Assembly (NCBI GenBank): GCA_037379345.1
Contig: CM074521.1
Location: 35,178,704-35,242,703, forward strand
Direction: 5' to 3'
From: Perna viridis
Lineage: Eukaryota
DNA length: 64,000 nucleotides
The translations under genes and the position numbers were made by a program. Under the pieces are notes generated by a model. The model did not search any database. It had not been told where the DNA came from and saw only the letters and a list, made by a program, of their open reading frames with translations. Below, one piece after another: positions 1-13,909 of this stretch. Numbering within the stretch: position 1 is the stretch's first letter; the number at the start of each line of letters is the position of its first letter.

Positions 1-771
1 TAGACTTTATCATGGGATGCTGGGCCAAGTCGGAATCCCGTGTTATTCGTAAACCCTGACCATGACTAGAAGAAGAATGAATACTAAATGATTCGTCCGG
101 ATTCAGATTTGAACTGTCATTTCCTAATTCTAGAGTTGATGAATCTGAAATGTGTACAGCAATATTATCATCAGAAGTACTTGACAAACGTGCATGTCTC
201 GTGAGCCTCTTCCTCGGTGACTGTCGTCTGTTGTCGTCTGATATGTCGGAATGATTAGGAAGATTATGGTTTTTGTCGGGAGATTTTACATCTGTAAGAC
301 CTATATGACCATTTTCAACTGTCAACATATGAGTGTGACTAGAATTGTCTCCCTTAAGAAGTGGTTCCGATTCAAAACTTTCCTCTTTGACCCTATTCAG
401 CGTAGATGAGTTAGAGTGTGAGCGGCCTATACTATGACATGCTGAATCGGACGGTGAGGGAAGAAAAACATCATCCGACATTTTACAGAAGGAAGGATCT
501 CTTCTCATCGAAATGATTTTCCCATTTTTTATCATTATTATTGATCCATCTCGTCTGATTAGAGAACTGCCTTTGGCCGTTTTTGATGTCAGTTGTCGTA
601 TTAATTTGTGCGATGACACTGCAGGCGATGTCACACTGTTTCTACCTAAGCGTAGCGAATGAATAGACTCGTCTGAATTTCTTCGTGAATTTGCTCGGGA
701 ACCTCTAAAAGATGAGTGAATCATTGTAGATAACCGTCTGAGAGGACCCGGGGACGAGTCATGTAGTGTAT
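1..771 (-). CDS. GPCR coding exon 3, long Ser/Arg-rich cytoplasmic tail (continues beyond the window start)
   Basis: Acceptor ttgttttgtag|AT at 772-774; phase 1 completes the codon G|AT (Asp). The frame is open for all 771 nt (DTLHDSSPGPLRRLSTMIHSSFRGSRANSRRNSDES...HPMIKS) in AT-rich DNA. Confidence 0.85.
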
Positions 772-3700
772 CTACAAAACAAATATCAATAATAGAAGCA
801 ATTCTGCAGTTCACCATTTCCCATCTTTCGTTTGCAAGTGATAATAGTTCATGAAGTACTAATTTATAAATGTTCTTAAATGAATCACACAGATATTTTT
901 CACTGAAAAAAAGCAACTGATACTGAAACCTAAGATTTGAATGATTTGTTTATATTTCAAGTACGATTCAGTATACTATAATGATGTCAAGCACTAACTC
1001 CTGTGTTTATAAGATATACAGTTAGATCAAAACTACTGAATGAAAGTTGACCTTTTCAGTTATGAATTTCTAAAATCATAATAAAACACAGCAAATTACA
1101 TTGGATTATATTTACTAGTTAGAATAAATATTTCATAGAATATGAAGAGTATCATGCAATATCAGAAAATAATTACAGAAAAATAAACTCTTCAATCAGG
1201 CAACAATAAGTTAGATAAAATGACAAACTAAGATACACTGGACAGTATATAAGAAGTAATTCTAGCACATAAAGCAAGCAGCATTTTTATGGAAAAGTAC
1301 GTTTGACATTTCATTAGTATCAATTACAGTTGATGTTATTTATTAGTATGCTTAAATGTCTAAAACGTTTCTTTTTAACGATGACTTCACAAATTGTTGA
1401 TTATCATAATATTTCCAAATAATTATGTCGATTAAATAAAACAATAAAAAGTTCTTTTTTAAATCAGAAGTCGTGTATTCATTTATATTAATAAAAGAAA
1501 TAATTGAACTCCTGCTGTTTATAATTAAATGATAGAATATGTAATTATAATGCATGAACATGGTACTAAGCGAATACAAATATGTGTGAAAGCTAGCGTC
1601 TAAATGACTATTAACTTGAACGGGTTCGAAACAAAATTCGGGTATGCTTTGAGTTTATAACGTATTTAGCTTTATCAGAATGACAGGTCTAAAGAGTGTG
1701 TACCTTTATAAACAAAAACGCATTGTCGAGTTAACTGGTTATACAACACATCAATCTCATCTGCGTAAAGAAAAACGAATTAGAGTTATCCCGCTTTGAT
1801 TAAAATAAAATTGTAAAACAATAAGAAGACTTACTTTTGTCGTAGTTAGAAAGTGAATACATACAAACTTTAAAACAAAAAAAATTATATTTCATGCATC
1901 ATCATACTTTAACATTGATTGTTAGAACAAAAATATGCAGTATTAATTGAAATATTGTGGTATGCGTATATTGGGTTTATTGCATTCAGTGGCAATACAA
2001 TAGACGTTGAGTGTATGTACATGGAATACAAATTCATTACTGTACAAAAAGTTCATTTCTGTCTTAATGTGTACAACAGAAAATAAAGGTGATAGATGCC
2101 AAGATTTTCATTGTTCAAGCACTTTGTTGCAAGTATTTTATTCCATCAAATGCTAATAAAATCATAAGAACTACATTATTTAAGCAGCTTACTGTATCAG
2201 TAACCAAACATAACCAAGAAAAAAGTCAACAAATGATAACAATGGAATAACATACATGTTGAAATCTCTGCTGTTCTACATTTTAAATTATTACATATCA
2301 TATTTGTATCAATGGTAATAATTAAAACGTGTTCTGTATACTGGTAAACATGATATACATGTCAGTTATTTCATTGCATGCTATTTTCTGTAGATTTACT
2401 AGGTAAGGGGTGGTAATTTAATTAAACAGTGTGTAACAAATGTATCATAATTGTTAAATTGTAAAATTTATTAATAAATAGTGCACGTGTTCACCTTCAC
2501 TTATTTTTATGAAAACAAGAAGCTGTAGATACGAAACTACTACTGAGTCATACGACTCTAATTGATAAAAGAACCAAAATGAATGTAAACACAGACCACA
2601 AACAACAATGAATCAGCGCGGACAAAATTCAATCGTGAACACACGCCATGTTAAACTTCCAACTATATTTCTGAACAGGGGAATGATATACATGCAATTT
2701 ATACGTACACACTAGCATTTTTGGTATTTTCTCGTTGGGATCGTCTGTTTGGCAAATAAAGGATGATATCAGTATACTTAGACAGACACACATATATAAT
2801 TAAGATTATCTTATCATCATGGTTATACACTTATTTAGTGGTTTACTTTGCCATTATATATATTTTTTTTTAATTTGGTGCATGCAAAGTTGACTTACAT
2901 GCGGCCCAGCAGAACACTGAAAATATCCTTAGAAAAATTTCATATTTTCACCAAAATAATATTAACTCTTTTATAAACATTTAAAAACCTTATAAATTCT
3001 AAATGAATCATTTAAATTACGAAAAGTTTTTATACAAATATTATGAACATACAAGCACTAAAATCATTTACAGGACACTGAAATAAGAATATAAACTATG
3101 TGTGTGTTACGATTTCTTATTACTAGAATTAACCCCAATTCCAGCTAAATATAAATGTATAACTCTTTCAAATTATCTCCTAAAGGCAAGTGAAAAACAA
3201 CAAATAATTATCATACAATACATGTACTTATTTCTAAGACATGTTGTGATAATTACGTAAAATAATTGTTGTTTTCATAACCACGACGTTCATAAGAGTA
3301 ATCAAGGGAACCAAGTTTGATATAATGACTGAAAAGTGTTTTGTCAGTTCAGTTATACAATAACTTCATTAGTGTTGTCAGAAATTTAAATTCCAATATT
3401 TCGAAAAGTCATTTAGGAAGCCCTTTGTACTATATCCAGAATGTATGCAATACATTAAAATACGGACAGAGCGTCAGCAGCGTCCTTTATATGTGTAGCA
3501 TGTAAAATCAGACCTATGAATGGCTAAAAAAATATTCTGACGGAAAAGACGAAATTTGTCTAAAGGATATACGAAGGTAGACAATTGCGCAAGTGCGGAG
3601 ACGCTTTGCGACATTGAACTCCGCCCATCATATAGGCATGGCCTAAAATCATATTAACTAAACCAGGACAATAATGATTACAAAAATAACGCTATACATT

Positions 3701-4534
3701 ATAGCATGATAATAACCATTTGAAAGACCGCCGATATTACATATACACGAGAAACTCAGTTCAGTTAATTACGGACAACGTTATTTGTACTGGAAGTAAG
3801 ATTCCGAGTACTGACCTTTTATACAAGCTGAGCAATAAATAGAAAGTGTTTATAACATTCTAGGTAATAATCCGCAAATTGCCTCGTTTAATATACATTA
3901 TTATGTAATAAATGTCACTGACGGCGTTAACGGTTATTTAGCGAGATATATAATGTGGTACAATAACATGTGGAATATATTTCTAAACTTATTCTTTAAT
4001 AGTAAATGAAGAAATTATGCAATATTTAAAAGAAAAATATCACAAAAAAGTAACATTTCCGATCTAGTGAGGTTTGTACTGTATTCGGTTCTTTTTTGTT
4101 GTAGGATTTCTTCTTGTGTTGTCTTTTTAGTATTCTCAGAGATGTCTTGACAAAGGATTCCACACCTTTTGTTCCCATTGTATTGGCTCTCCAATCTTCT
4201 TTATAATATTTGAAGATACGTCTTCGTACATTTAATCAGTTTTAAAATGTGTATGTGCGAATTCATAACATAATGTATAAAGTTATCCAATGAGCGGCAG
4301 ATTATACTGCGTATCGGTATTAACTAAAATCACACGGAAGGGAAATAAAGAAAACAGAATTCTGATAATCCGAGGATAACGACTAGACAAAAAAAATAAA
4401 GATATGCACACACAAGAAAGAACATGAATTAACACACAAGTAAATGATCAACCTGACCTCCAATAAAACATCCTAAACAAGGGATCTGTCAGCTACTACT
4501 CATTAAATAAACCTACGCTTTCCCGCAAAATCAG

Positions 4535-4730
4535 TAAACAGCAAGTGGTTGTCTGACAGGACCGAAATCTGTAAGCGCGGTATAGGACAACTATCTGAGG
4601 CTGCATACCAAATACCAAGTGGTTATGATCAGCAGTTCCTGAGAAAAATGTTACAAAAGTTCTGGTTACGGTCGGAATGACAGACAGAACTTAAAGAGTA
4701 CACCTCCTGTCCTACGAAGCAGGGGTATAA
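4535..4730. mobile_element. Degenerate Helentron-associated (HINE/Pearl-like) non-autonomous element fragment
   Basis: Sequence ...ataccaaataccaagtgg...gttcctgagaaaaatgttac, a GACA-like tract and a short hairpin ending ggggtataa, matching the architecture I recall for bivalve HINEs. Confidence 0.4.
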
Positions 4731-6454
4731 ATATTCGAATTGAACAATGTCTGGTACACTTGGTATACAGAAATACCAACTTAATGAAACGAATTCCTAA
4801 GGATCAAATGGTGTCTCAAATGTTGCAATCTGACCAAGTGCAACAAATACTTTAATTTTCTTACAAACAAATATTTGTCATAGAAGTTATAAAACCCGGC
4901 GATCGACAGTTCAAAATAACCTTCACAGACATTCCTATAGTAAATGTAACCCAGCTGTTACACAAAGGGTTCTTCTGTTATGACACAGAACTAATGGTTA
5001 AAACAAGTAACTTTATAGTAAACACTCCACATAACCGATTTATGATGATGGCAAGAAGCTTTTATCTTTGCCTTTAATCATTTTTACATCATTTTTCATT
5101 TTGCCAGAGCCAACAAAGATAAATAATGACATTGTGCTTAGGTCATTTTACTGATAAGTTCAAAATTAAAGTACCAGTACGGAGGCAGAGCTCTGTCGGG
5201 ATAATTCAATTTTCGTGCCCAGAAAAAATCGAATTGGCGTCGAAATTGTGCTGAAATACATTATACGAAATTCGATAAGAAATCTACCTACGTCGTTCTT
5301 TAGTGGCATTACACCCACATTGCCGTTGGTACCATTTGAGAATGAAACATTTCTAACGCCAAGATATTGCTGATATGAAATAATATTTTGTCAAAGCTTT
5401 TGGTATACTACAATATGAAACCGAACGTTAGTATCCTGTACAGTTTTTACCATGTGAGACGTATATCTTATCGTTAAACGGCTGATTTCATGCTAAAAAT
5501 GTTCCGCCTTAAATTAACGACAAAATAAAATAAAACGATGTCTTTGTAGAAATACTTAGAAAAAGCAAATAAATGCAATATGAGTTCGGTGTTCTTGTTT
5601 AACAAGTATGTTGTTCATAGTTTTATGGAGCTTTGTTTACTGGTCATTTCTCTTCAATTACGACAGTCCTCTTATCAAGCTTCTATTTGGTAAGAAATGA
5701 ACTGTACATTTACGCATAAAATTTTGAATAGAAATAAATGTCCAGTAATGAAAGGATAGAAAACGCTTTTGATTATAAAGTTTATTAGTAAGACTCGACT
5801 GGATGGAATTTTTGTGTGGGAACTCGACAGTTCTACCTATAATGCCTTTAAAAACAGGAATAACCAGAATATTGATAGTTTTATGTATTGAAATTGTAAA
5901 CTTATAATTTAAGTACAATAAAACAGACAGAGGTAAGGTGTTTTATCTTTTAAGCTGTAATTTATACTCGACAGGTTTATCTGAAAACCATAATCTATAA
6001 CTATAAAACATCGTCTGATATAAACTGTAAGTTTACACGAAAAAGAATATTATCTAAAATGTTATTTTTCTGCTTAGTAATTTACGCAGCATCAAATCAA
6101 CGTGTTTGGAGATTTTCTATTCATACCTTGGTGAGATATTTATGAAATATAAATGAGGACGAGGGATTGAAACAGTTAGAAATAAAGTATATGTACATAA
6201 TGTCAATTCAATTCAAAAATTATACCCGTCTACTTTGAACATTGGAAATTCAATAATTAGCAAAAATGGGCATGTGCTACTTTTCACATTTTAGTACTAT
6301 TGAAAAATTATTAAATTCAGCTCGTTTGTCCCAACGTATTTAATCTAAATTTATCAGTATGCACTCTTTAGGGGAGGCATTATTATATTGAGCAAGTTGC
6401 AAAATAACCAGAAAAAAAACCAGGTATCACATGAAAATATAGTTACTGGTAAAG

Positions 6455-7192
6455 TATCTTCACAATCACCATGGTGATACCTGAGTTAATCATACATCGA
6501 ATCAATCTTCACGATCACCATGGTGATATCTGAGTTAACCATACAGCGAATCAATCTTCACGATCACCATGGTGATATCTGAGTTAATCATACAGAGAAT
6601 CAATCTTCACGATCACCATGGTGATATCTGAGTTAACCCTACAACGAACCAATCTTCACGATCTCCATGGTGTTATCTGAGTTAACCATACAGCGAATCA
6701 ATCTTCACGATCACCATGGTGTCACCTAAGTCAACCGTACAGCGAGTCAATCTTCCCAATCACCATGGTGATATCTGAGTTAACCATACAGTCAATCAAT
6801 CTTCCCAATCACCATGGTGATATCTGACTTAACCATACAGCTAATCAATCTTTCCAATCACCATGGTGATATCTGAGATAACCATACAGCCAATCAATCT
6901 CCCCAATCATCATGGTGATATCTGAGTTAACCATACAACCAATAAATCTTCACGATCACCATGGTGATATCTGAGGTAACCATACAGCGAGTCAATCTTT
7001 CCAATCACCACGGTGATATCTGAGTTAACTATACAGCGAGTCAATCTTCCCAATCACCATGGTGATATCTGAGTTAACCATACAGCCAATAAATATCCAC
7101 GATCACCATGGTGATATCTGAGTTAACCATACAGCGAGTCAATCTTCCGAATCACCATGGTGATATCTGAGTTAACCATACAGCGAATCAAC
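6455..7192. repeat. 49-bp minisatellite, ~15 copies
   Basis: Unit AATCAATCTTCACGATCACCATGGTGATATCTGAGTTAACCATACAGCG; most copies carry the 14-bp palindrome ATCACCATGGTGAT. Confidence 0.97.
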
Positions 7193-8411
7193 TTAAGAAA
7201 ATGACATATTGATCAAATTTGGATAAATATCAAGTCTATCATTTAAATGAAGGATTGTCATACACTATGTCTTTTCTATAATGATTAATATCTACAGTAA
7301 AAGAGGAGAGCGGACATGCGAGTCAAGTACAGATCTACACAGAGTTAAACCGAACGTCCCCGTCACTATTTTAAGTTTCATTTTGTAAGACACACTATCT
7401 TATACGGTAATAAAAGACGAATACTATTATAAATTTTCTTGCTTTTGAGGTCTATGATATGACCAAAACGAAACAATGCGATTTAATGTAAAAAGGAAAA
7501 GTCAATTAAAACAATTCTCCTCCTAAGTATACTAGCATTTACTCATTAGTGTAACACATTTCTTGTAATTGAAATAGACATCTAAGTCTTATTAAACCAA
7601 AGCAGCCATTTCATGCTCCAAGTCATTTACATCTAAATGGTGCATATTTATATCTTTTCTCCTAGATAAAACTAAACCCTTCCTTGTATCAGAGCCTTTA
7701 AATTGTACATAGTTCCATCCTTAATTATTGGTTTGCAATGGTCTCTGATTGCATACTGGTATTCAGTATTTGAAGATATGTTTATGGAGTCGACAGATAG
7801 GAGCCTTTCTTATCGTATGTTCAGTACATCTTTGTAACTCATCAACACTAAAACTTAATGACGTACGTCAATATGATGTAAGCTATAAATAAATCATCAT
7901 CATTTAGTAATTAGGCAACTGTCTATACTTCGTTCTAATTTTGAGTTTTTCATTAGCTCAATATTTGCCAACATTTTTTTTAATGTTGACAGGTATGTAT
8001 GTTTTATCTATTCTAACTGACTAAGAAAAAATGTATGAAAGATTCTTTTAGCATTGAATACTGAAAATCTACAATTAAATTCAGTTGTAATTAATGGGTG
8101 TATTTTAGTTTGATATATGCAAATTTTACACATGAAAGTCACATTTGCCTTTTGCTACCTAACCATTTATATTTTCTCTCATACACGGGCGACATTTGAC
8201 ATAGAAAAAAAACATGTCTGTAAGAGACTCAGAAATCACCATATGAAAACCTCCATTCAAAAAAAGTTCAAAAGTAGAACTTTCAATATTTTTGTCTGGT
8301 ACTTATAATACAAGACAGCAAAACAACTCTAAAGATTACAGTTTTCTGAATACAAGGTAAACATTTTTAAGGCAGCATTAAATATTATGATTATTCTGTT
8401 CTCTTCCCATA

Positions 8412-8938
8412 TGATTGATTGATTGTTGGGGTTTAACGCCCGAACTGCAATATTTCAGCTATATTCAGGCGATGAACATAAAAGGGATGATAAAATGAAC
8501 ATGAAATGATGATGATGATGAAATGAAAAAGGGATGGGACACAAGGATAATAGGGTCGACAAATTTTGATTGCTGCTGGAAATAGGGAGGGATGGGTAAG
8601 GTCGGGCAATTAAACCTCATGTGGCGGAGCGCTAAAGTTCCTACTCCTATCGAATACCACAGCAGGGTTCTTTAATGTGCGAGGAACGTGGCATATTTCC
8701 CAACGCGGTGCACCACTATGGTTTGCGGTCAGGTTTTTCCGTATTATAGCCTGACGACCACAGCATGTAACATGTAGGGTTGCCCAATACCACCATCTGA
8801 GGCACACATCCCAGTTGCTCTGTGGGCAGAGCGCCCTAGCCGCCGGCTAGAGTTCTGAGCACTATTAAGTCGCCTTTTAGGACAAGCTTAGTGCTGCTGT
8901 GGGCCTCTCCTCTTTTAACAACCGGACCCGCACGGGGC
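8412..8938 (-). mobile_element. Full-length SINE-like retroposon, copy 1
   Basis: Highly similar to 22325-22844. The 5' end is CCCCGTGCGGGTCC; the 3' tail is gctgaaatattgc...ggcgttaaacccc(aatc)n. Degenerate 14-bp TSD gttctcttcccata (8398-8411) / gttctcttcctgta (8939-8952). Confidence 0.9.
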
Positions 8939-10224
8939 GTTCTCTTCCTGTAACAAGTCCTGTTTTATGTTTGATATCCATAAAGATGGCCACAAGTCTG
9001 TATAATGATGAGGTATGTTAGGGTCCAAAATAAATCTGACAATCTATATGTATATTACAGTACCAGAGAAGCTGATACAACAATGGTCCTGAATTGGTAA
9101 AGGCTTTTTAAACGACAAGGTGAGTTAAATCTAGGTTTTGAAGCGCGCAAAACCCCCTTTTCCATTGCGGTGTGAATATACCGGTAGTGATTTGCATACT
9201 ATAGTCTATAGTGTCATAATCGGTAAATCAGTGGTCATATCAGTATAAAGAATAATTTACAAAAGCAACCGTTACTCATTTTTTTAAAAAGAAACGGAGA
9301 TTTTTTCAACCAAGAACTGAAATTTTAATTTGGTAAGAGATCTTTGGGACGCATTTCCTCATACTCCTGATTCAGGAGTCTGTTGCACAGATAATTATCG
9401 CGTTCAAGGAAATTAGAGTAGTTAGTACTTGGTTTAGCGTAGCGTAGAAAGCAGACCTAGAAATTCGGAAGAGGCGGCTTGATTTTGAAGTAATTATCCT
9501 GATAAGAAATGTAAGAACCAACTTCAGGCGTGACATAACCCCACATTTCAACTGCTTCAACAAAACAGGAAGTGATATCAAAATAATATTTGTAAAGATC
9601 AACAGGATAACACATACGAAATCAGAAACAAAGCATCTCTGTAGAATAAAGTACAAATCCATTAAGTTATATCGTTTCCTAGAATCTATTTCCCGATTTC
9701 TGTTTAGCAAATCATATGATTGATACAACCCAATAATTAAATACTGCTATTAAATACAAATATAAAAATAGAATTAAATTTGTGCCAAAAATGTCGTGTT
9801 TCTGTTTTTAAATTAACATTTGAAGCAAGTTTTATTACCATTGCATAATTTGACAGGGCGAGTTCGTGATAATTTGAAGAAAGTTCTGCTTTCACTAATA
9901 TGTACCACCTACAAACTTGAAATAATTCACGTATTGTATTTCTATAATTCCGTCTGATATATAGGTTTCATGTTTGTTTCATTTTATATCAATCAGGCAA
10001 CGATTGATGAATAGTTATGATAAGCGACAATCCTATATCTTTAAAAAAAAAAAAAAAAAAAAAGGTAAAAACAAGTGCGAAAAACAGACTGGTACAGGAA
10101 TTGCAATTAGGAAGTTTACTTAGTGGGTGCATCTCTTTTAAAGCATAACCGATTAAGTAGTATAATAATTGTGTCTGAACGGCAAAGTAGTTCGAATGCG
10201 TCTTAGAACATTGTCTAATGCCAT

Positions 10225-10715
10225 GGGAAACATGACCTGTACGGAAGTCTAATGCCATCGACGAAGCATTTTTTCTATAGAAGTATAATGCCATCGAGGA
10301 ACCATTCCCTGTATGGAAATCCAATGTAATAAAAGAAACATTCCCTGTATGGCAGTCTATTGTAATAAAAGGAACATTCCCTGTATGGCAGTCTATTGTA
10401 ATAAAAGAAACATTCCCTGTATGGCTGTCTATTGTAATAAAAGAAACATTCCTTGAATGGCAGACTATTGTGGTAAAGGAAACATTCCTTGTATGGAAGT
10501 CTAATGTAATAAAAGAAACATTCCCTGTATGGCTGTCTAATGTAATAAAAGAAACATTCCTTGTATGGAAGTCTAATGTAATAAAAGAAACATTCCCTGT
10601 ATGACAGTCTATTGTAATAAAAGAAACATTCCCTGTATGGCTGTCTATTGTAATAAAAGAAATACTCCCTGAAAGGAAGTCTATTGTAGTAAACGAAACA
10701 GACCCTGTATGGAGG
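10225..10715. repeat. 36-bp minisatellite, ~13 copies (more degenerate copies at ~11150-11300)
   Basis: Unit AAAGAAACATTCCCTGTATGGCAGTCTATTGTAATA; it generates the 12-aa periodic ORF 9989..10738. Confidence 0.95.
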
Positions 10716-12089
10716 TTACAAACCACCAATTCAACCAATGAGCATTTGGAACGTACGCAAAAATAGTCCTACGCAGAAATTACCCCTGTTCCTCATAGTG
10801 CTGTGAAAAAAGTTCTCATCTTATTTAAAAAATTTAAACATTTTCTGAAAGGAAAAACCTTTCTGTACATTTTATAGGTGCATTTTGCTTCTTGTGATGT
10901 GAAGCCTAATCTCCATAATGAATTTTAAATATACCCCTATCTTGTGAAAACACTGGGATTTCCCATGCTATTTATAGACCCTTCACTTCCGGTGACCAGT
11001 ACTGCACTGCAAGTCTGCTAACCCCACATGCCATTCTGAGGATTGTGAGCTGACATATGTAGAATCATGCTGATATATAGTCCTCTGCAGGTTAAAGTTA
11101 AGGTAAAGTCCAGAGAAGCCATTGGATATTGTGAAATTAGCATAGAAGCCTATGGGAAGTGGAATTAGTGGTTTTTAACCTGGAAGTCTAATGCTAATTG
11201 TCGTCGGTGAAACATTCCCTGTATGAGAATCTAAAGATATCGAAAAAAAACATTCCCTGTACGAGTTTAATGTCATCGAAGAAACATTCACTTTAAGGAA
11301 AACTTTTCTTAAGTATATTTTTTCTAACCGTTAAAGGTTTGAAAGAAAAAATGTAAACGAAGTCGAACATGGTTTAAAAAATGTTCACATAAATAACTTT
11401 TAATCGGTCAAAATGTCATTTTTATTAAAAAAAAACAAAAAAAAAAACAATGTGAAGTATTCAAAATCATCTAAATGAAATGTATTTATGATAAAGATCT
11501 ACACACACAGTAAATGAGAAAATATTGCAAACATTTTTTAGATATAAAACAATTTAAACAAATGTACAGGAAATATTAGGCTTAAAAAGAATGGGTGGAG
11601 CAGATAAAAAAAGTTATTCTATATCTTATGTATATTTATCATCTTGAGATAAGTCTGTGTTACTTTTCACGTAAAGGCGGTATTTGTTCAAAAAGTCATG
11701 CATGTCATCTTTGAACTGCAAGTAATTTTATACTTCTCTATTCGATCTTTCGATTAGATAAAACCAGAATTAATATTCTTAATGCTAGTGCCAAGAAAGA
11801 AAGAGGAAGGTGATAAACATCTTGTATCGAATTTCCATACCATTGATTATATTATTAAATAATATTTTTACATACATCAATGATTTCAAACTGGCTTTAT
11901 TTTTTTTTTAATTTAAGTTGTGTTTTGTTACTGCAGAAGAATATTTCCACTGCTGAGTGGTCTATAATGACAAAGTTATTAATTTTAAATAAAACTGGAT
12001 TACTCAAAAACAGCTTCCTATTTCCTAAACTTGTTCTGTATAAGTTACATTTGTAAATGTGATATTATCTGAAGTTTTTCCATGTCATT

Positions 12090-13401
12090 TGTTTGATTTG
12101 ATAAACTAAGAAATCATGTTAATCAGACTTTATGTAACAGGTACCAACAGCCAAACAGATATACATGTAATATACATATTTATACACAAATAAGTACAAG
12201 GCACTTATAAGTTAGAAGAAATGGTTTTAAATTGAACAATTCGAATTCAATAAATGAAAAAAAAATGTAAAGCGTATTATTTTGAAGTTTATTCAGTGGT
12301 AAGCAGGTTTTCTTATCGAAACGGAAATCGGAAAAACAGAATATCTTACAAAACAGTGGATATATTGTAAAAGTTTAACAAAATACTGAATCGAAAACAG
12401 TAAGAACAGTCAAATTTTATTAATATGATAAAGGTGGCGTAAAGACAACTACACGTCACTGCGATGTTAAAGACTTATCTCACTATGAGAGGAATATACA
12501 ATTAACCGATAATCTAAACCATCTCTCATGCCAGAACACTATGCGCTGCATGACTGCGCAAAATAAAAAAAATACCAAAAGGATAACAAAAGATAAGGTT
12601 TTGCCTGACACTTACATAATCTTAATGAGGCTTCATTAAAGTCACAGTTGCACCAGAGATGAAGTACTATCTGTTTAAAGGATTGGGTACGGCAACAGAT
12701 ACGGTGAGGTTATATCTTTAATTAACAGGGTATCATAGGGAATAAATAAAATATATGTTTGATTTGATAAACTAAGAAATCATGTTAATCAGACTTTATG
12801 TAACAGATATACATGTAATATACGTATTTATACACAAATAAGTACAAGGCACTTATAAGTTAGAAGAAATGGTTTTAAATTGAACAATTCGAATCCAATA
12901 AATGAAAAAAAATGTAAAGCGTATTATTTTGAAGTTTATTCAGTGGTAAGCAGGTTTTCTTATCGAAACGGAAATCGGAAAAACAGAATATCTTACAAAA
13001 CAGTGGATATATTGTAAAAGTTTAACAAAATACTGAATCGAAAACAGTAAGAACAGTCAAATTTTATTAATATGATAAAGGTGGCGTAAAGACAACTACG
13101 TCACTGCGATGTTAAAGACTTATCTCACTATGAGAGGAATATACAATTAACCGATAATCTAAACCATCTCTCATGCCAGAACACTATGCGCTGCATGACT
13201 GCGCAAAATAAAAAAAATACCAAAAGGATAACAAAAGATAAGGTTTTGCCTGACACTTACATAATCTTAATGAGGCTTCATTAAAGTCACAGTTGCACCA
13301 GAGATGAAGTACTATCTGTTTAAAGGATTGGGTACGGCAACAGATACGGTGAGGTTATATCTTTAATTAACAGAGTATCATAGGGAATAAATAAAATATA
13401 T
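12090..13401. repeat. Recent tandem duplication of ~650-665 bp (12090-12755 and 12756-13401)
   Basis: Near-identical copies differing by an 18-bp indel (gtaccaacagccaaacag), small indels and a few substitutions. Confidence 0.95.
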
Positions 13402-13909
13402 TGGATGAAAATAATTCACGTGACTCGGTGTGTTTTGTTTTTCTCCAAAAGCCTGGGGTACCTTCCCTACCATTTCAACTGGTCCACGATCCAAGCCTTT
13501 AATAGAGGTTGAGCTAAATTAAAACTAATACAATCAGTTCAAGTTTCCTAATTTGCTGTTTTCTGGTGTGTTATCGCTTTAGACGTCGTTATCGTTTTGA
13601 GCCTGGCCATTTAATACAAGCCACACACTTGTATATATTATTCTTATTCAAATTTCAATAGTATTATTTTTGAAAGGTTCATATTTACTTTGTTAAAAAA
13701 TACAAAAGTACCAATTTTACAAAATTAAAATAAAAATTAAAAACTGCAAAAGTATCAATTTTACACTTTGTTTTAAAGTTAAAATGCAAAAGTACCAATT
13801 TTAAAATATTTATAAAAAAAAAATAAAAATACAAAAGTGCCAATTTTACAAAATTTCATGTAAACGTGTTTCAAGAAGTAACCCCTCATGAGCAGCACTA
13901 AAAACAAAC

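Noticed and set aside
6455-7192. CRISPR-like array (also considered for 35645-37170 and 40011-40338)
   Set aside because: Inter-repeat segments are homologous rather than unique spacers, there are no cas genes, and the context is eukaryotic.
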